Assembly (NCBI GenBank): GCA_031414535.1
Contig: JANNVQ010000032.1
Coordinates: forward strand, 1 to 55,265
Source of the DNA: Gemmatimonas sp.
Lineage (GTDB): Bacteria > Gemmatimonadota > Gemmatimonadetes > Gemmatimonadales > Gemmatimonadaceae
Direction of reading: 5' to 3'
DNA length: 55,265 bases
Both the position numbers and the translations under genes were made by a program. Shown here piece after piece: positions 35,259-45,638 of this stretch. Each line of letters begins with the position of its first letter. Within the stretch, counting starts at the first letter, position 1. The notes beneath the pieces were generated by a model that worked only from the letters and a program-made list of their open reading frames with translations, ran no database searches and had not been told where the DNA came from.

Positions 35259-36610
35259 GTTCTAGACCAGCCGCTTTTAGGCATGAGCTTCGGATTGCCT
35301 GCGTTAGGCGATGCAGTGCGCGGCGTTGACCTTTCCTTGTTGCCCGAGCTTGAAAGCACGAACGTAATGAGCAGCAGGAACAAGACGAAGCACTCCCGAT
35401 AGTAGGGAGTTGGAGTGGCCTCCGTCACGCCAGAGAGGAGTAGGTAAAGGAGCAGAGCGACGACCAGCTTCCGCTGAGACTTCGCGACGCGGTCAATCCG
35501 GGAAAGTGCAAACCAGAAGAGCGATAGCACTGCGAGGGCGCCCACGTATCCAATGTCAAGGACCTGTTGGAGCACCATGTTGTGGGCCGTTAACCTTCCC
35601 GTATCGTAGCCGGCCCCGACGACATCGCCAAAGTATTGTACGATGGTGGACTGGGTTTGCCCAAAATATCCGAAGCCCACGAGGTGCGTGGGGGAAAACC
35701 CGCTCAATTCGGCGCCGATCGCCGCCCAAATGATTGCGCGACTGCCGAGGCTATAAATCTCCTGCGGATTTCGGACAAATGCCGAGGATCCGATGAGGGT
35801 TGCGATTAGTACGGCGCTAGCAAAGAGCGCAAACGGAAGCATTGGAATAACTGCCGCGCCGAATCTCGCGACGCGCAGCGCTCGCGTGGGAATCAGTGAC
35901 ACCCCAATTCCGACGAGGAGCGAAAAAATCAGGGCCGCACGGGAGTCCGTCCGAAGAACGACGTACAACCCGACAGATACAATTAGTGCCGCTACGACGC
36001 GCAGTGCAGTGGATCGGGCGTGCCCAATCTGAACTATGCCGCCGGCGATAGCGAGTCCAGCAACCGCGCCAAAGTTGTTGAGACCGCCAGCACTTGGGAA
36101 CAGCGTGCGCTCGGTCAGAATGCCGAACGAAGACAGCATACGCGCTGTAACACCCGCTACGACGTCATCGCTCACCGAGCCCTTCCAGCCAGCTAAGTGA
36201 AGCAGCGCATTCGCGAGGAGGTAGATGCCGACCGCGGCCAGTAGGTACTCGGCGCCGTGATCGGCGGGCGTGCCACGACGAAATACTGTTAGGCCGAAAA
36301 GAACCACAGTGATCAGCAATAATGCTTGATGAACCGCCTCAGGTGCAGGCACAGAACCCGCGAGGGCTGCTCGGAAGTAGGAGACCACCATCATCGCTCC
36401 GACGAGTCCCAGCGCAATCTGGAACGAGGAGTCGCCACGCGTGAGCACGCCTTTCAATCGCGTCAGTCGCATTTGTGACAACTCAAGCGCCCGCAAGCCG
36501 ATGAAGACCCAGAGTGGTACGAGCACGGCCATGAGAAGGCCGAGGCTCGCGCCAACGACAAAGGGTACCTGGAGGACTAGGAGAAAAGTCAGCAGTGCAA
36601 GAGTTGACAT
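35255..36610 (-). CDS. Wzy/O-antigen ligase family membrane protein
   Basis: TDSRAAL, RAIIW, GFGYFG, AHNMVLQQVLDIGYVG; many TMs. Confidence 0.85.
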   Translation of the reverse strand: MSTLALLTFLLVLQVPFVVGASLGLLMAVLVPLWVFIGLRALELSQMRLTRLKGVLTRGDSSFQIALGLVGAMMVVSYFRAALAGSVPAPEAVHQALLLITVVLFGLTVFRRGTPADHGAEYLLAAVGIYLLANALLHLAGWKGSVSDDVVAGVTARMLSSFGILTERTLFPSAGGLNNFGAVAGLAIAGGIVQIGHARSTALRVVAALIVSVGLYVVLRTDSRAALIFSLLVGIGVSLIPTRALRVARFGAAVIPMLPFALFASAVLIATLIGSSAFVRNPQEIYSLGSRAIIWAAIGAELSGFSPTHLVGFGYFGQTQSTIVQYFGDVVGAGYDTGRLTAHNMVLQQVLDIGYVGALAVLSLFWFALSRIDRVAKSQRKLVVALLLYLLLSGVTEATPTPYYRECFVLFLLLITFVLSSSGNKERSTPRTASPNAGNPKLMPKSGWSRT

Positions 36611-36620
36611 TATCTATTTG

Positions 36621-38072
36621 TCATGGCGTCGGTCCCTGCAGCAGGACGATGCCAGCGTAGAACAGCATCGCGGCCAGCGGAATCATCGATGTGCGGCGCT
36701 CAAACACTAGGAAGTTCATGCCGAAAGCCCGATAGGAATGTCGAGCTGCATACCATGAATAGAAACTCAGATAGCTAGCCAGCATGGCTGACGGATATGC
36801 GTAGATCCCGATGCTAGGCAGTAGTGCAACGGCGCCGATGAGAAACAGCGAGCCCGTAACACCGTTGGCAATATGCCAGATGATGTGGTTCGTCGTGGAA
36901 TAGAGCTGAATGTGGAAGGCTCCGTATCGCTCTACAAGGAACGCGAGGGATAGTACGATCCACAAGGCACTCGGCGCGAAGGGGATGCTACTTCCGAGCG
37001 CATCCAGAAGGCTCGGCCCTGCGAGTCCTAGGACGACCGCACCCGTGACGAAGATAGAAAAGCCCAAGCGCATTCCCCTCTCTGCGACGGCTAGAATGTC
37101 CGCATGCCTTCCGTTCGCGTACCAAGCCGCAAGCAATGGCAGCTTTGAGTAGAGTGGCGCCGATGAAAAGTCTGAGAGTGCTTGCATCAGTCTCAGGGCG
37201 AGCAGGTACACGGCAATCTCCTCGGCATCGAGGAACTGTGCGACCAGGAGTCCACTGGACCATAAGACGCCTCGTGAAAGAGCAATACCAATGCCGCTTC
37301 GCCAGGCTCGCTCCCATAGCTGAGTGAGAATATTGCGATCTAGAGAATGCCGGGCGAAGGTCGCGAAGCGACGATTTTCCACTGCGCGAGCGAGTGCTCG
37401 GTCACGTAGCGCAGCAACTACGACCCAAGCCTGCGATGCCGCTACCAGCGCGAGCAACCGTCCACCGAGAAGGAGGACCGCAATGCTCGTGACGGAAGCG
37501 CCGATGAGGCTTATCGCCTCCCAGCGGCGGTAAAGCGCCACGTGATTCACGCCCTGCAGATATGCCCCGTACAGGTTCGCGCGGGTGCTAATACCGAGCG
37601 CCAAGAGGACGAATGCCCAACTTACCCATCCACTGTTGGGATTCTGAAGGGCGCTAATCGGCCGGATCAGTGCGGGTGTCGCCAGGATAAGCATCGTCAG
37701 CACGGCAACGGCGGACAGCCCCACATACACCGGACGCATGGTCGCTACGATGGCTTCAGTCAGGGTCCAATTCGGCTCTCTTTGAACTGGGCCTGACGGT
37801 CGTTCCTCTACGCTTGCGGCTCCCGCGGCGGAGTACGCGATGGCTCTTGCGAACGACGGCGCAAAACCAATATCGGCAATTGTTTGCAACGCGATTACCG
37901 ATCCGAAGAGGTACCAGACCGCAATCTCCTCCGGTGAAAGCGTCCGGAGAACGATGGGCAGCACCACGAGGAAAGTGAGTATGCGCGCCCCAGAGCTTGC
38001 CCAAGTCTGCAATGTCGGGGAATGCCACATCCTCCGAATCGCAGTTATCGCTTCAGTCATCCCGGAAGCCAC
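36621..38072 (-). CDS. Wzx-type flippase
   Basis: LVVLPIVLRTLSPEEIAVWYLF...ADIGFAPSFAR; 12+ TMs; start may be ATG 38060. Confidence 0.82.
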   Translation of the reverse strand: MASGMTEAITAIRRMWHSPTLQTWASSGARILTFLVVLPIVLRTLSPEEIAVWYLFGSVIALQTIADIGFAPSFARAIAYSAAGAASVEERPSGPVQREPNWTLTEAIVATMRPVYVGLSAVAVLTMLILATPALIRPISALQNPNSGWVSWAFVLLALGISTRANLYGAYLQGVNHVALYRRWEAISLIGASVTSIAVLLLGGRLLALVAASQAWVVVAALRDRALARAVENRRFATFARHSLDRNILTQLWERAWRSGIGIALSRGVLWSSGLLVAQFLDAEEIAVYLLALRLMQALSDFSSAPLYSKLPLLAAWYANGRHADILAVAERGMRLGFSIFVTGAVVLGLAGPSLLDALGSSIPFAPSALWIVLSLAFLVERYGAFHIQLYSTTNHIIWHIANGVTGSLFLIGAVALLPSIGIYAYPSAMLASYLSFYSWYAARHSYRAFGMNFLVFERRTSMIPLAAMLFYAGIVLLQGPTP

Positions 38073-38133
38073 ACACGGTCACGTCTGGCCTTTATGGGCG
38101 CGACAGCGGCACTTGGTGCGTTGGCGTGCAGCC

Positions 38134-39234
38134 TCACGGTTGACGCTTGCGCGAAAGGCGCACGCGGGCGACATCCGAGAGCGTGCTCCTCCATGCATTC
38201 TGGAGTGCCTCGGCATCTTCTTCGCTCGCCGGGTTGTTGCGCATTATCTCACGCGCGAGCATGTAACCAACTGCGAGCAAGGTGCCGAACAACAGTGCGA
38301 AAAGGCTCTTAAAAATCAAGAAGCGACGATCGGGCCGCAAAGGACGCGACGGCGGTTCGACCAGCGTAATCGAGGGAGTGTTGCGCACAGCTTCCAACCG
38401 CGCCTGTTCTCGAGCCTGGACCAGGGTGGAATAGACGTCGCGACGCAAGCCGACTTCCCGATTGAGGCGCTCGTGCTCGAACGCAAGAGTCGGGTCAGAT
38501 CGGAAATCCCGATTTCGCCTCAAAAACCTCTCCAAGGCATCCTCGGCAGAAAGCAGCACGGCCTCGGCTGAGTCGAGGCGCGTTGTCAGGAAATCACGTG
38601 TCGCAGTTGCATTGCCACGTCGGCTGCTCTGGTTGTGCGCGTTGATGAGTTCAAGCGCTCGTCGCGCCATGGAGTCCGAAAGCTCCGGCCAATCAGCCTT
38701 CACGCGGAGGGTAACGATTCCCGTCTGCCTGTCGGGGCTCACTGAAAGCAACTCTTCCCGGAGCAACTTGATAGCCTCAAAAAGCGAGAGCTCTGGCGTG
38801 CGCTTTTCGAGTTCGTAAAGTTGAATGATGTTTCCCGACCGAGAGGAGTCTCCGTCAGTGACGGAGTACTCGGTCATCGCAAGGGCCCTAAGGAAGCCGT
38901 TCGTTCGAACGAGGTCACCGTAAAAAAGCGGTGAATCTTCAGGGGCCTGCCCGGGCAGCGCGACCCCAATTTGTGCGGCGATACCCGAAAGTTGTCCTGC
39001 GCTAGCGAGAGACGGAACGGGCGTAAATGACACGGTGGACGTGTACGTCCGCTGTCCAGCAAGCGTAAGCAGGACCGTGAGCACGAACAGCGCGCCTGGC
39101 CACGCAACGAGCGGGCGCCGGTATCGCAAGATGATGGTAAGAACTTGTGCAGGCGACAGCGCTTGGCGATCGGCATTGCTATCGCCATCGATGCCACCGT
39201 TGGACGGTCCCGCTTCGTATTGCGCGTCGCTCAT
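38134..39234 (-). CDS. Wzz/polysaccharide co-polymerase-like protein
   Basis: N-term TM then RTYTSTVSF; coiled coil; ITLVEPPSRPLRPDRR before C-term TM. Confidence 0.82.
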   Translation of the reverse strand: MSDAQYEAGPSNGGIDGDSNADRQALSPAQVLTIILRYRRPLVAWPGALFVLTVLLTLAGQRTYTSTVSFTPVPSLASAGQLSGIAAQIGVALPGQAPEDSPLFYGDLVRTNGFLRALAMTEYSVTDGDSSRSGNIIQLYELEKRTPELSLFEAIKLLREELLSVSPDRQTGIVTLRVKADWPELSDSMARRALELINAHNQSSRRGNATATRDFLTTRLDSAEAVLLSAEDALERFLRRNRDFRSDPTLAFEHERLNREVGLRRDVYSTLVQAREQARLEAVRNTPSITLVEPPSRPLRPDRRFLIFKSLFALLFGTLLAVGYMLAREIMRNNPASEEDAEALQNAWRSTLSDVARVRLSRKRQP

Positions 39235-39530
39235 CAGATCCGGATTCAAGAGTGCCTCCCAATTCGACGGAGCGGCACTCAGTTATGAGAAGAAGGCAGG
39301 GGGCTTGGTGGCAGCTGGTCCGAACCACGATAACAACGGTTGAACCCACACCGTGTCCGGCGTAAGCCGCTATGCCCCAAGGGTAGCTAGACTAGTGGCA
39401 ATTTACCCCTTCTGGTTGCCTGGGCGCGAGTGCTTACGGGCGCCCGCCCGCCCAATTCCAGTGCGCTGCGTCACGTCGGCGAAGCCAGCCAGACACTTCT
39501 TGCCTGACCCACCTAGATTGCAGTTTCCGT

Positions 39531-40367
39531 GTGGCAACCCAGAATCCCAGCCTAGGCGCAATGCTCGAAGTCGACTCCGATCCTCTTGCCCGCTCGCGCC
39601 CGGCCCTCAATCCGTACAGGGTTGCCGCGAGCTTTGTCCTGCGGCGCTTGCGTTGGGATATGCACCCGCAAAGTTGGCGTTCGCGGCGCGTCATGCGTTC
39701 ATGGCAGGATCGGTTTCCAAAGGGCAAGGCAGTCATCCTTTGCAACGGTCCCAGCTTGCTGAACGTGGACTTCGACTTGCTCTCTCGGAGCAACACGTTC
39801 TGCTTCGGCTTAAACAAGATCAACCTACTCTTCTCGAAAACATCATTCAGGCCGAACTGCATTGTCGCAGTGAATCCGTTTGTCATCGAGCAGAACGCGC
39901 CGTTCTTTAATGAGACTGAACTTCCCCTGTTCCTTGACACACACGCGGTTGGCTTCGTGGAACCTCGGCCGAACGTCGCCTACCTTCATTCGAATCCCTT
40001 TCACTTCTTCGCGCGTGACTGTGCGCTCAGCATCTTTCAAGGCTACACGGTGACCTTCGTGGCTCTTGAACTTGCGTTCCATCTCGGATTCCGCGAGGTG
40101 GCTCTCGTTGGTGCGGATCATACCTTCGCCGAAAAGGGCCCAGGGAGCATGACCGTGGTGTCGGGGGCCCACGATTCTAATCACTTTGACCCCACCTACT
40201 TTTCGGGTGGGATGAAGTGGCAGCTACCAGATTTATTTGAAAGCGAGGTTGGCTACACGATGGCACGCAACGTGTTTCAAGCCTTCGGGGGGCGCGTCGT
40301 AAATGCCAGCGTCGGGGGTAAACTCGAGGTCTTTGAGCGCCAGACGCTTGAAGAGTTCCTGCGGTAG
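39531..40367 (+). CDS. DUF115/Maf-like protein (CstII-like fold, putative CMP-sugar transferase)
   Basis: GKAVILCNGPSL..VDF..L...FGLNK, GYTVT, AFHLGFREVALVGADH, NHFDPTYF, VVNASVGG. Confidence 0.8.
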   Translation: MATQNPSLGAMLEVDSDPLARSRPALNPYRVAASFVLRRLRWDMHPQSWRSRRVMRSWQDRFPKGKAVILCNGPSLLNVDFDLLSRSNTFCFGLNKINLLFSKTSFRPNCIVAVNPFVIEQNAPFFNETELPLFLDTHAVGFVEPRPNVAYLHSNPFHFFARDCALSIFQGYTVTFVALELAFHLGFREVALVGADHTFAEKGPGSMTVVSGAHDSNHFDPTYFSGGMKWQLPDLFESEVGYTMARNVFQAFGGRVVNASVGGKLEVFERQTLEEFLR

Positions 40368-40416
40368 CCTGCGACGAGCGTTCGTCCACTTTTGCGATAT
40401 CTGGAGAATCGAACCA

Positions 40417-41547
40417 ATGAAGGTTTTGGTAACCGGGGGTGCCGGATTCATCGGCAGCCATTTGACTCGTCGGCTAAGTGCGTTGGGGCATGACACGACG
40501 GTACTAGACAACCTCTCCCCTCAGATTCACGGTCAAGCCCGATCCTCATCCGCTTTGCGTCAGTCGATTCAGGGCCACTGTCGCTTTATTGAAGGTGACG
40601 TTACAACCCCAAGCGACTGGCGGGATGCGCTAGTTGATCAAGAGGCTGTCGTACATCTCGCGGCTGAGACGGGAACCGGCCAGTCAATGTACGAGGTCGA
40701 TCGGTACGTGCGAGTGAATTCCAGCGGTACGGCACTGCTCCTTGAGCAGCTTGCGAACCGTCCGCACAAAGTACGGAAGATTGTCATCGCGTCCTCTCGG
40801 GCGATTCACGGGGAAGGCAAGTATAGCTCGGATGCGCTTGGGATCCTTTATCCGGAAGCGAGATTGAAGGCTGATCTCGAATCGGGTCGATTTGAGCCCC
40901 TATGCCCGTCCACTGGGCAGCCGCTCACGGTTCTGCCAACCGACGAATTGTCTCGTATCCACCCGGCGTCCGTTTACGGCATCACTAAACAGAACCAAGA
41001 GCAACTCGTGATGCTGATGGGTCGCTCCTTGGGCGTGCCCGCGGTGGCCCTGAGATTTCAGAATGTTTACGGTCCGGGTCAGTCCCTGAACAATCCCTAT
41101 ACGGGCATACTTTCAATCTTTTCCACCCGAATCATGAACGGGAATCCCATCCGAGTGTTTGAAGACGGGAAGGAGAGTCGGGATTTCGTCTTCATCAGCG
41201 ATGTCGTTGATTCCATCATCTTGTCGCTCACAAAGTCTGAGGCAGATGGCGAGGCCTTTTGCGTCGGATCCGGTGCTGCGGTGGATGTACTCACGGTCGC
41301 AAATACTTTGGTTGGTTGCTACGAACGTAGCGTCCCAATCACCGTAACCGGAGACTTTCGGTTGGGTGATATTCGCCATAACCAAGCCGACATCACAAAA
41401 GCGCGGCGCCTGCTCGGCTATGAACCAAAGATTTCTTTTGCGGTGGGTATTCAGCAGTTTGCGCGCTGGGTACTGGAGCAGCCGGTGTCTGCGGACAAGT
41501 ACGAGGAGAGCATTCGAGAGCTCCGCTCGCGGGGACTGATGAATTGA
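40417..41547 (+). CDS. NAD-dependent epimerase/dehydratase
   Basis: MKVLVTGGAGFIG, HLAAETGTGQSMY, YGITK, NVYGPGQSLNNPYTG. Confidence 0.92.
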   Translation: MKVLVTGGAGFIGSHLTRRLSALGHDTTVLDNLSPQIHGQARSSSALRQSIQGHCRFIEGDVTTPSDWRDALVDQEAVVHLAAETGTGQSMYEVDRYVRVNSSGTALLLEQLANRPHKVRKIVIASSRAIHGEGKYSSDALGILYPEARLKADLESGRFEPLCPSTGQPLTVLPTDELSRIHPASVYGITKQNQEQLVMLMGRSLGVPAVALRFQNVYGPGQSLNNPYTGILSIFSTRIMNGNPIRVFEDGKESRDFVFISDVVDSIILSLTKSEADGEAFCVGSGAAVDVLTVANTLVGCYERSVPITVTGDFRLGDIRHNQADITKARRLLGYEPKISFAVGIQQFARWVLEQPVSADKYEESIRELRSRGLMN

Positions 41548-42458
41548 AGGGTCGCCTCGGATTGGTGACGGTGCTGTTCAACAGCCCCGAGGTGCTGCCA
41601 AAGTTCTTCGAGAGCCTTGCAGGCCAAGAGAACGTCGCATTTACGCTATGGGTAGTCGACAATTCGACGGACTCGCGAGCGTTTGACGTCGCGCAGGCGG
41701 AGTGCAAGCGCCTCGAGCTAAGCTCAGTGGTCTTCGTCAGGAACGAACAGAACGTGGGAGTTGCCGCCGCAAATAACCAAGGAATTCGCGCCGCGATGAA
41801 CGCCGGCGCTGACCATCTCATCCTGCTCAACAACGACATCGAGTTCGACGACCCTCAGTTGCTTGCAGAACTGTTGCGTATAGCAGAGTCAGGTGGAGAG
41901 CGCGTGATCGTGCCCAAGATTCTTTACTTCGACACTAGGCGCGTCTGGTATGCGGGCGGTCGCTTTCGGTCTTGGGCGGGAGTAAACCTACATGTTGGCG
42001 ATGGGTTTGCAGACGTACCGGAATACAACGTGGCCGCGTATACCGAGTATGCGCCGACCTGTTTCCTCCTCGTCTCACGTGAGGTCTTTGAGCGCGTCGG
42101 TCTTATGGACGAGCGTTACTTCGTGTACTACGACGACTCGGATTTCGCGTGGCGGGCGCTTCGGGCCGGCTTCCGCCCCCGCTATGAGCCTCGGTTCACA
42201 ATACTTCACAAGGTGAGTACTTCGACGGGCGGTGCTCTCACGCCGTTCTCGATCTACTACTACACGAGAAACCGCTTCCTGTTCATCCTTAAGAACATCG
42301 GGTGGCCGCTTAAGGCCGTGACCTTGTCCGTGTTCGCCGCAAGTCTCCTCGTGCAGTGGCGCCGGTACGACGCCGTGATGCGCAAGTCCTTGCTCAAGGG
42401 CTTCAAAGACGGACTAAAATTTGTGGGACGCGCCGGCGTGCGCGACGGCACACGTTAA
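41544..42458 (+). CDS. Glycosyltransferase family 2
   Basis: VVDNS, NVGVAAANNQG, LLNND, VGLMDERYFVYYDDSD, HKVS. Confidence 0.92.
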   Translation: MKGRLGLVTVLFNSPEVLPKFFESLAGQENVAFTLWVVDNSTDSRAFDVAQAECKRLELSSVVFVRNEQNVGVAAANNQGIRAAMNAGADHLILLNNDIEFDDPQLLAELLRIAESGGERVIVPKILYFDTRRVWYAGGRFRSWAGVNLHVGDGFADVPEYNVAAYTEYAPTCFLLVSREVFERVGLMDERYFVYYDDSDFAWRALRAGFRPRYEPRFTILHKVSTSTGGALTPFSIYYYTRNRFLFILKNIGWPLKAVTLSVFAASLLVQWRRYDAVMRKSLLKGFKDGLKFVGRAGVRDGTR

Positions 42459-43594
42459 CGCGTTCGCACGCCGCTAGCGTCGACAAACCGGGCGGTGACG
42501 AGATGGTACGCCCGAAGTGTGCTGTCGATCATTCGGTCTACGGAGAAGGTTCGCGCGCGCACCATTCCTGCTGTTGAGAGCGATTCCCGGAGTGACCCGT
42601 CCTCTGCGATTCGGCAGATGGCGTCTGCCCACACCAAGGGCGCACGCGGGTCTGCAATCAGCGCGGCGTCACCCAGGACCTCAGGGAGGCTCGCGGCTCC
42701 CGAGTGAATTACGGGAGCGGCGCACGCCATCGCTTCGAGGCCAGTGAGGCCGAACCCTTCGTAGAGGGAAGGGCAGAGCACTGCCAATGCGTCGCGATAA
42801 AGGTGCGAGAGTTGCTTGTCGGAGACCGTCCCAACGATTTCCACTGGAAGAGTTGGCTTAACACGTTCGAGCAGCGTCTCCAGGGGCTCTTGGTTCGCTG
42901 CCTGCTTGCCGGCAATCAGAAGGCGTAACTCAGGAATTCTTGAGGCCGCCAAGTCCGCGCCCCGGACAGCCACTTCGAGATTCTTCCACGGCTTGTTCGT
43001 GCCGACGTAGAGAACGTACGGGGGCGAACTATGAACGGACAAAGGCCGAATACCTTCGGCGAGCGCCGCGTCAGCGAGCGCAATGAACGCCGGGTCGATG
43101 GCGAGATGAATCGCGGTGATTCGAGCAGCGGGGATGGCCGTGAGACTCGAAATCTCGCTGCGCGCGAACTCCGAGGGAGTGATGATTGCTTCAGCCCGCC
43201 ATCCCGCGGCCGCGTAGAACAGCGATGCGTACATACGGCGCGGAAGCCCACGAAGACCTTCTGGCGGGAACCGGAGCGGCGCAGCATCATGAATCGTCGC
43301 AACGAGCGGAATGTGCCCCATGAGCGGCACGTTGAAGTGAGGACTGTGAAAAATATCCGCCGCCGTATCATCCACGGCGCTGCGAAGCTGGAACTGCTCG
43401 GCGACAGAGAACGGCGCTGCCGCGACCTCCACGCTGGCGACTCCTTCAGGCATCGCGTCGCTGTAGCCCGGTTCCACGAGCGCCGTCACATGCACATCCC
43501 GACGGGCCGCGAGCCCTCGTAACAAGATGCCTATGTACCGGCCGATGCCCGGCCAATGAATGAGGCGCGCATCGACTACGACGCGCAGCGTCAT
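42455..43594 (-). CDS. Glycosyltransferase family 4 (mannosyltransferase-like)
   Basis: GIGRY, TIHD, KPWKN, PSLYEGFGLTGLEAMAC. Confidence 0.92.
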   Translation of the reverse strand: MTLRVVVDARLIHWPGIGRYIGILLRGLAARRDVHVTALVEPGYSDAMPEGVASVEVAAAPFSVAEQFQLRSAVDDTAADIFHSPHFNVPLMGHIPLVATIHDAAPLRFPPEGLRGLPRRMYASLFYAAAGWRAEAIITPSEFARSEISSLTAIPAARITAIHLAIDPAFIALADAALAEGIRPLSVHSSPPYVLYVGTNKPWKNLEVAVRGADLAASRIPELRLLIAGKQAANQEPLETLLERVKPTLPVEIVGTVSDKQLSHLYRDALAVLCPSLYEGFGLTGLEAMACAAPVIHSGAASLPEVLGDAALIADPRAPLVWADAICRIAEDGSLRESLSTAGMVRARTFSVDRMIDSTLRAYHLVTARFVDASGVRTR

Positions 43595-44919
43595 CAGACG
43601 GCCCCAGCGCGTGACCGCGCAATAGGCAGCAGAGTTGCTAAAGCCGCATCGAGGCTTTCACAGCAGGCTTCCCATGAAAATCCCTCCTCGACCAAGCGGC
43701 GGGCGTTCGCCCCAAGCTTGGCTGCCAACTCTCGGTCCTTCAAGAGCGCAACGAGACTGCTTGCCATATCTGGCGCGCTATCGGAAATCATAGCGCTCAC
43801 TCCGTGAGCGAACGGGATTCCTTCCAGCCCCACGGACGTGCCGACAATTGCTTTCCCCATGGCGGCGGCCTCCAAGGCCTTTAGCCGTGTTCCGCTCCCG
43901 CTACGCAGCGGGACGACCGTTACTGATGACGACTCCAAGTAGGGGCGCACGTCCGGCACCGCACCGGTAACCGTGACGCGCGCATCGCCGCCTAAACGTC
44001 TTACTTCACGGCCTGGATCTCGACCGACAATCCACACGCGCGTCTGCGGAGCCTGCGCCCATACTGACGGCATGACCTCATCAACGAGGAACCGCGCCCC
44101 GTCGGCGTTCGGAAAATAGTCCATGCTTCCGGTCATCACGATTGACTGCTCTTCTTTCGACGGCCCTACGTTGGGTAGGGCGGGGAGTTGGCCGGGCCGG
44201 AACTGTTCGAGGTCCACGCCATTGGGCACGACGAAGCACGGGCGAGTGGTACCGCTGCGGAGCAGGGACGCGGAGTCTTCGGGTGAGGTTGTCAGCAACC
44301 CGATAGCAAAGTCCAAACGCCGCTCCTGCCGCAGAGCCAACGATATCTGGAACCGGCTATGCCAGGCCTTCACGCTGACGAGTGAGGAACGCGCCACTCG
44401 CTTGTAGAGGTCGGAGTAAACGTTCTGCATGTCAATGACGACTGGAAGGCGCGTCGCTGACAGGACGTCGTCTGCCACGTGCTGATGCTCGGCGAGTACT
44501 AAATCGTAGGGCCTCGCGGCACACATCGCCGAAACGGCTGCGCCCAGTTCCGGGGGTGTGTACTTGAGATTGGCGAACGGTACGCCGGTCGCGAGACTTC
44601 GCATGGCGCGGCCCAGCGTCAGGATTCCACCGGCTGCCCGGCTCAAATATCGAATCTCGCCGAGATATGGAGCGAAAGCTGTCCTATGTTCTTCCTGCCC
44701 GTTGTGTCGGACGAACAGAGCATCCACCTCGTGCCCTAGCTCGGAGAGCCCGCGTACAAAAAGGCGGAAGGTGCGGATTCGCCCACCTTGATCGAGGGGC
44801 CACGGGACTTCAGGGCAGACAAACAGGATGCGCAACGGCGCGGACCGAGTGGCGGGGAGAATCAATGGAGAGGAAGGCTCGCTAGGCGCCGCATAGCTCG
44901 AAACACGGGCTACGGCCAC
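43594..44919 (-). CDS. Glycosyltransferase family 4
   Basis: PWPLDQGGRIR, VPNGVD, TGSMDYFPN, VPLRSGSGTRLKALEAAAMG. Confidence 0.92.
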   Translation of the reverse strand: MAVARVSSYAAPSEPSSPLILPATRSAPLRILFVCPEVPWPLDQGGRIRTFRLFVRGLSELGHEVDALFVRHNGQEEHRTAFAPYLGEIRYLSRAAGGILTLGRAMRSLATGVPFANLKYTPPELGAAVSAMCAARPYDLVLAEHQHVADDVLSATRLPVVIDMQNVYSDLYKRVARSSLVSVKAWHSRFQISLALRQERRLDFAIGLLTTSPEDSASLLRSGTTRPCFVVPNGVDLEQFRPGQLPALPNVGPSKEEQSIVMTGSMDYFPNADGARFLVDEVMPSVWAQAPQTRVWIVGRDPGREVRRLGGDARVTVTGAVPDVRPYLESSSVTVVPLRSGSGTRLKALEAAAMGKAIVGTSVGLEGIPFAHGVSAMISDSAPDMASSLVALLKDRELAAKLGANARRLVEEGFSWEACCESLDAALATLLPIARSRAGAV

Positions 44920-45560
44920 CGGAGCACGGCACGCGCTGGCGCGGCCTCGGTACCTTGGAGGTGCATCGGCAGACAGAGCAGATCATACGGTCCCGCAGCG
45001 ACTTCGTTCAGGTTCAGGCCTTCGAGTATTACCACGCCCGCCGAAAGCAGAATCAAGTGTGTATCGGGCGGATCAGCGAAGCGCTGGACAGACAAATAGT
45101 CGATACCAACCAATCGCACGCCGTGATCCACCAGCCACCTCGCTCCGGCTGCCGAGACCGCCGCGAATTCCTCGACGAACTGCGCGCCGGCGTTGGCCCA
45201 ATACGCGGAATTCGGCGTTCGGAGCAGGACGCGTTCCACCGGCTCGGCCGGCCACCCTCGTTCCAGTTGCGTCGGTCCGATGGCGCCGCCGTCTGGAATA
45301 TCGATAACCCAGCAGCGCCCGATAAGCGTCTCGAGGGCGATGCGGTCTACGGTTGCCCCGTCGCGCAGAAAGTGCGCTGGGGCGTCGATGTGTGTGCCGA
45401 GATGCACGCTGCAGCGAATCGTCGTGTCTGTCGCGATATCCCCGCGCTCGAGGTCGAGCCAGCGGCTGGCTTCGAATGCCGGACTCCCGGGCCAGCGCGG
45501 TGTGGCCGCAGAGACCGGAACCGAGATGTCAATCAGCCGCTGCTTGGACGCATCAGTCAC
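44910..45560 (-). CDS. Cyclase family metal-dependent hydrolase (KynB-like)
   Basis: HLGTHIDAPAH, VGIDYLSV, ILEGL, APARAV. Confidence 0.92.
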   Translation of the reverse strand: MTDASKQRLIDISVPVSAATPRWPGSPAFEASRWLDLERGDIATDTTIRCSVHLGTHIDAPAHFLRDGATVDRIALETLIGRCWVIDIPDGGAIGPTQLERGWPAEPVERVLLRTPNSAYWANAGAQFVEEFAAVSAAGARWLVDHGVRLVGIDYLSVQRFADPPDTHLILLSAGVVILEGLNLNEVAAGPYDLLCLPMHLQGTEAAPARAVLRWP

Positions 45561-45638
45561 GCGGAAAGGCTCGAATCAGGGTGGGTCTCATCTGGGATCT
45601 CCGCTGTCGTGGACAGATCGCCGCGCTCATATTGCAAT

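Noticed and set aside
38850..38866. CTCCGTCA-g-TGACGGAG palindrome resembling the heptamer family
   Set aside because: Single units inside wzz coding sequence with no tandem array; likely chance
44955..45638. 729-aa ORF with a long N-terminus
   Set aside because: The first 228 codons are antisense to the cyclase gene; the signal peptide begins at ATG 45639
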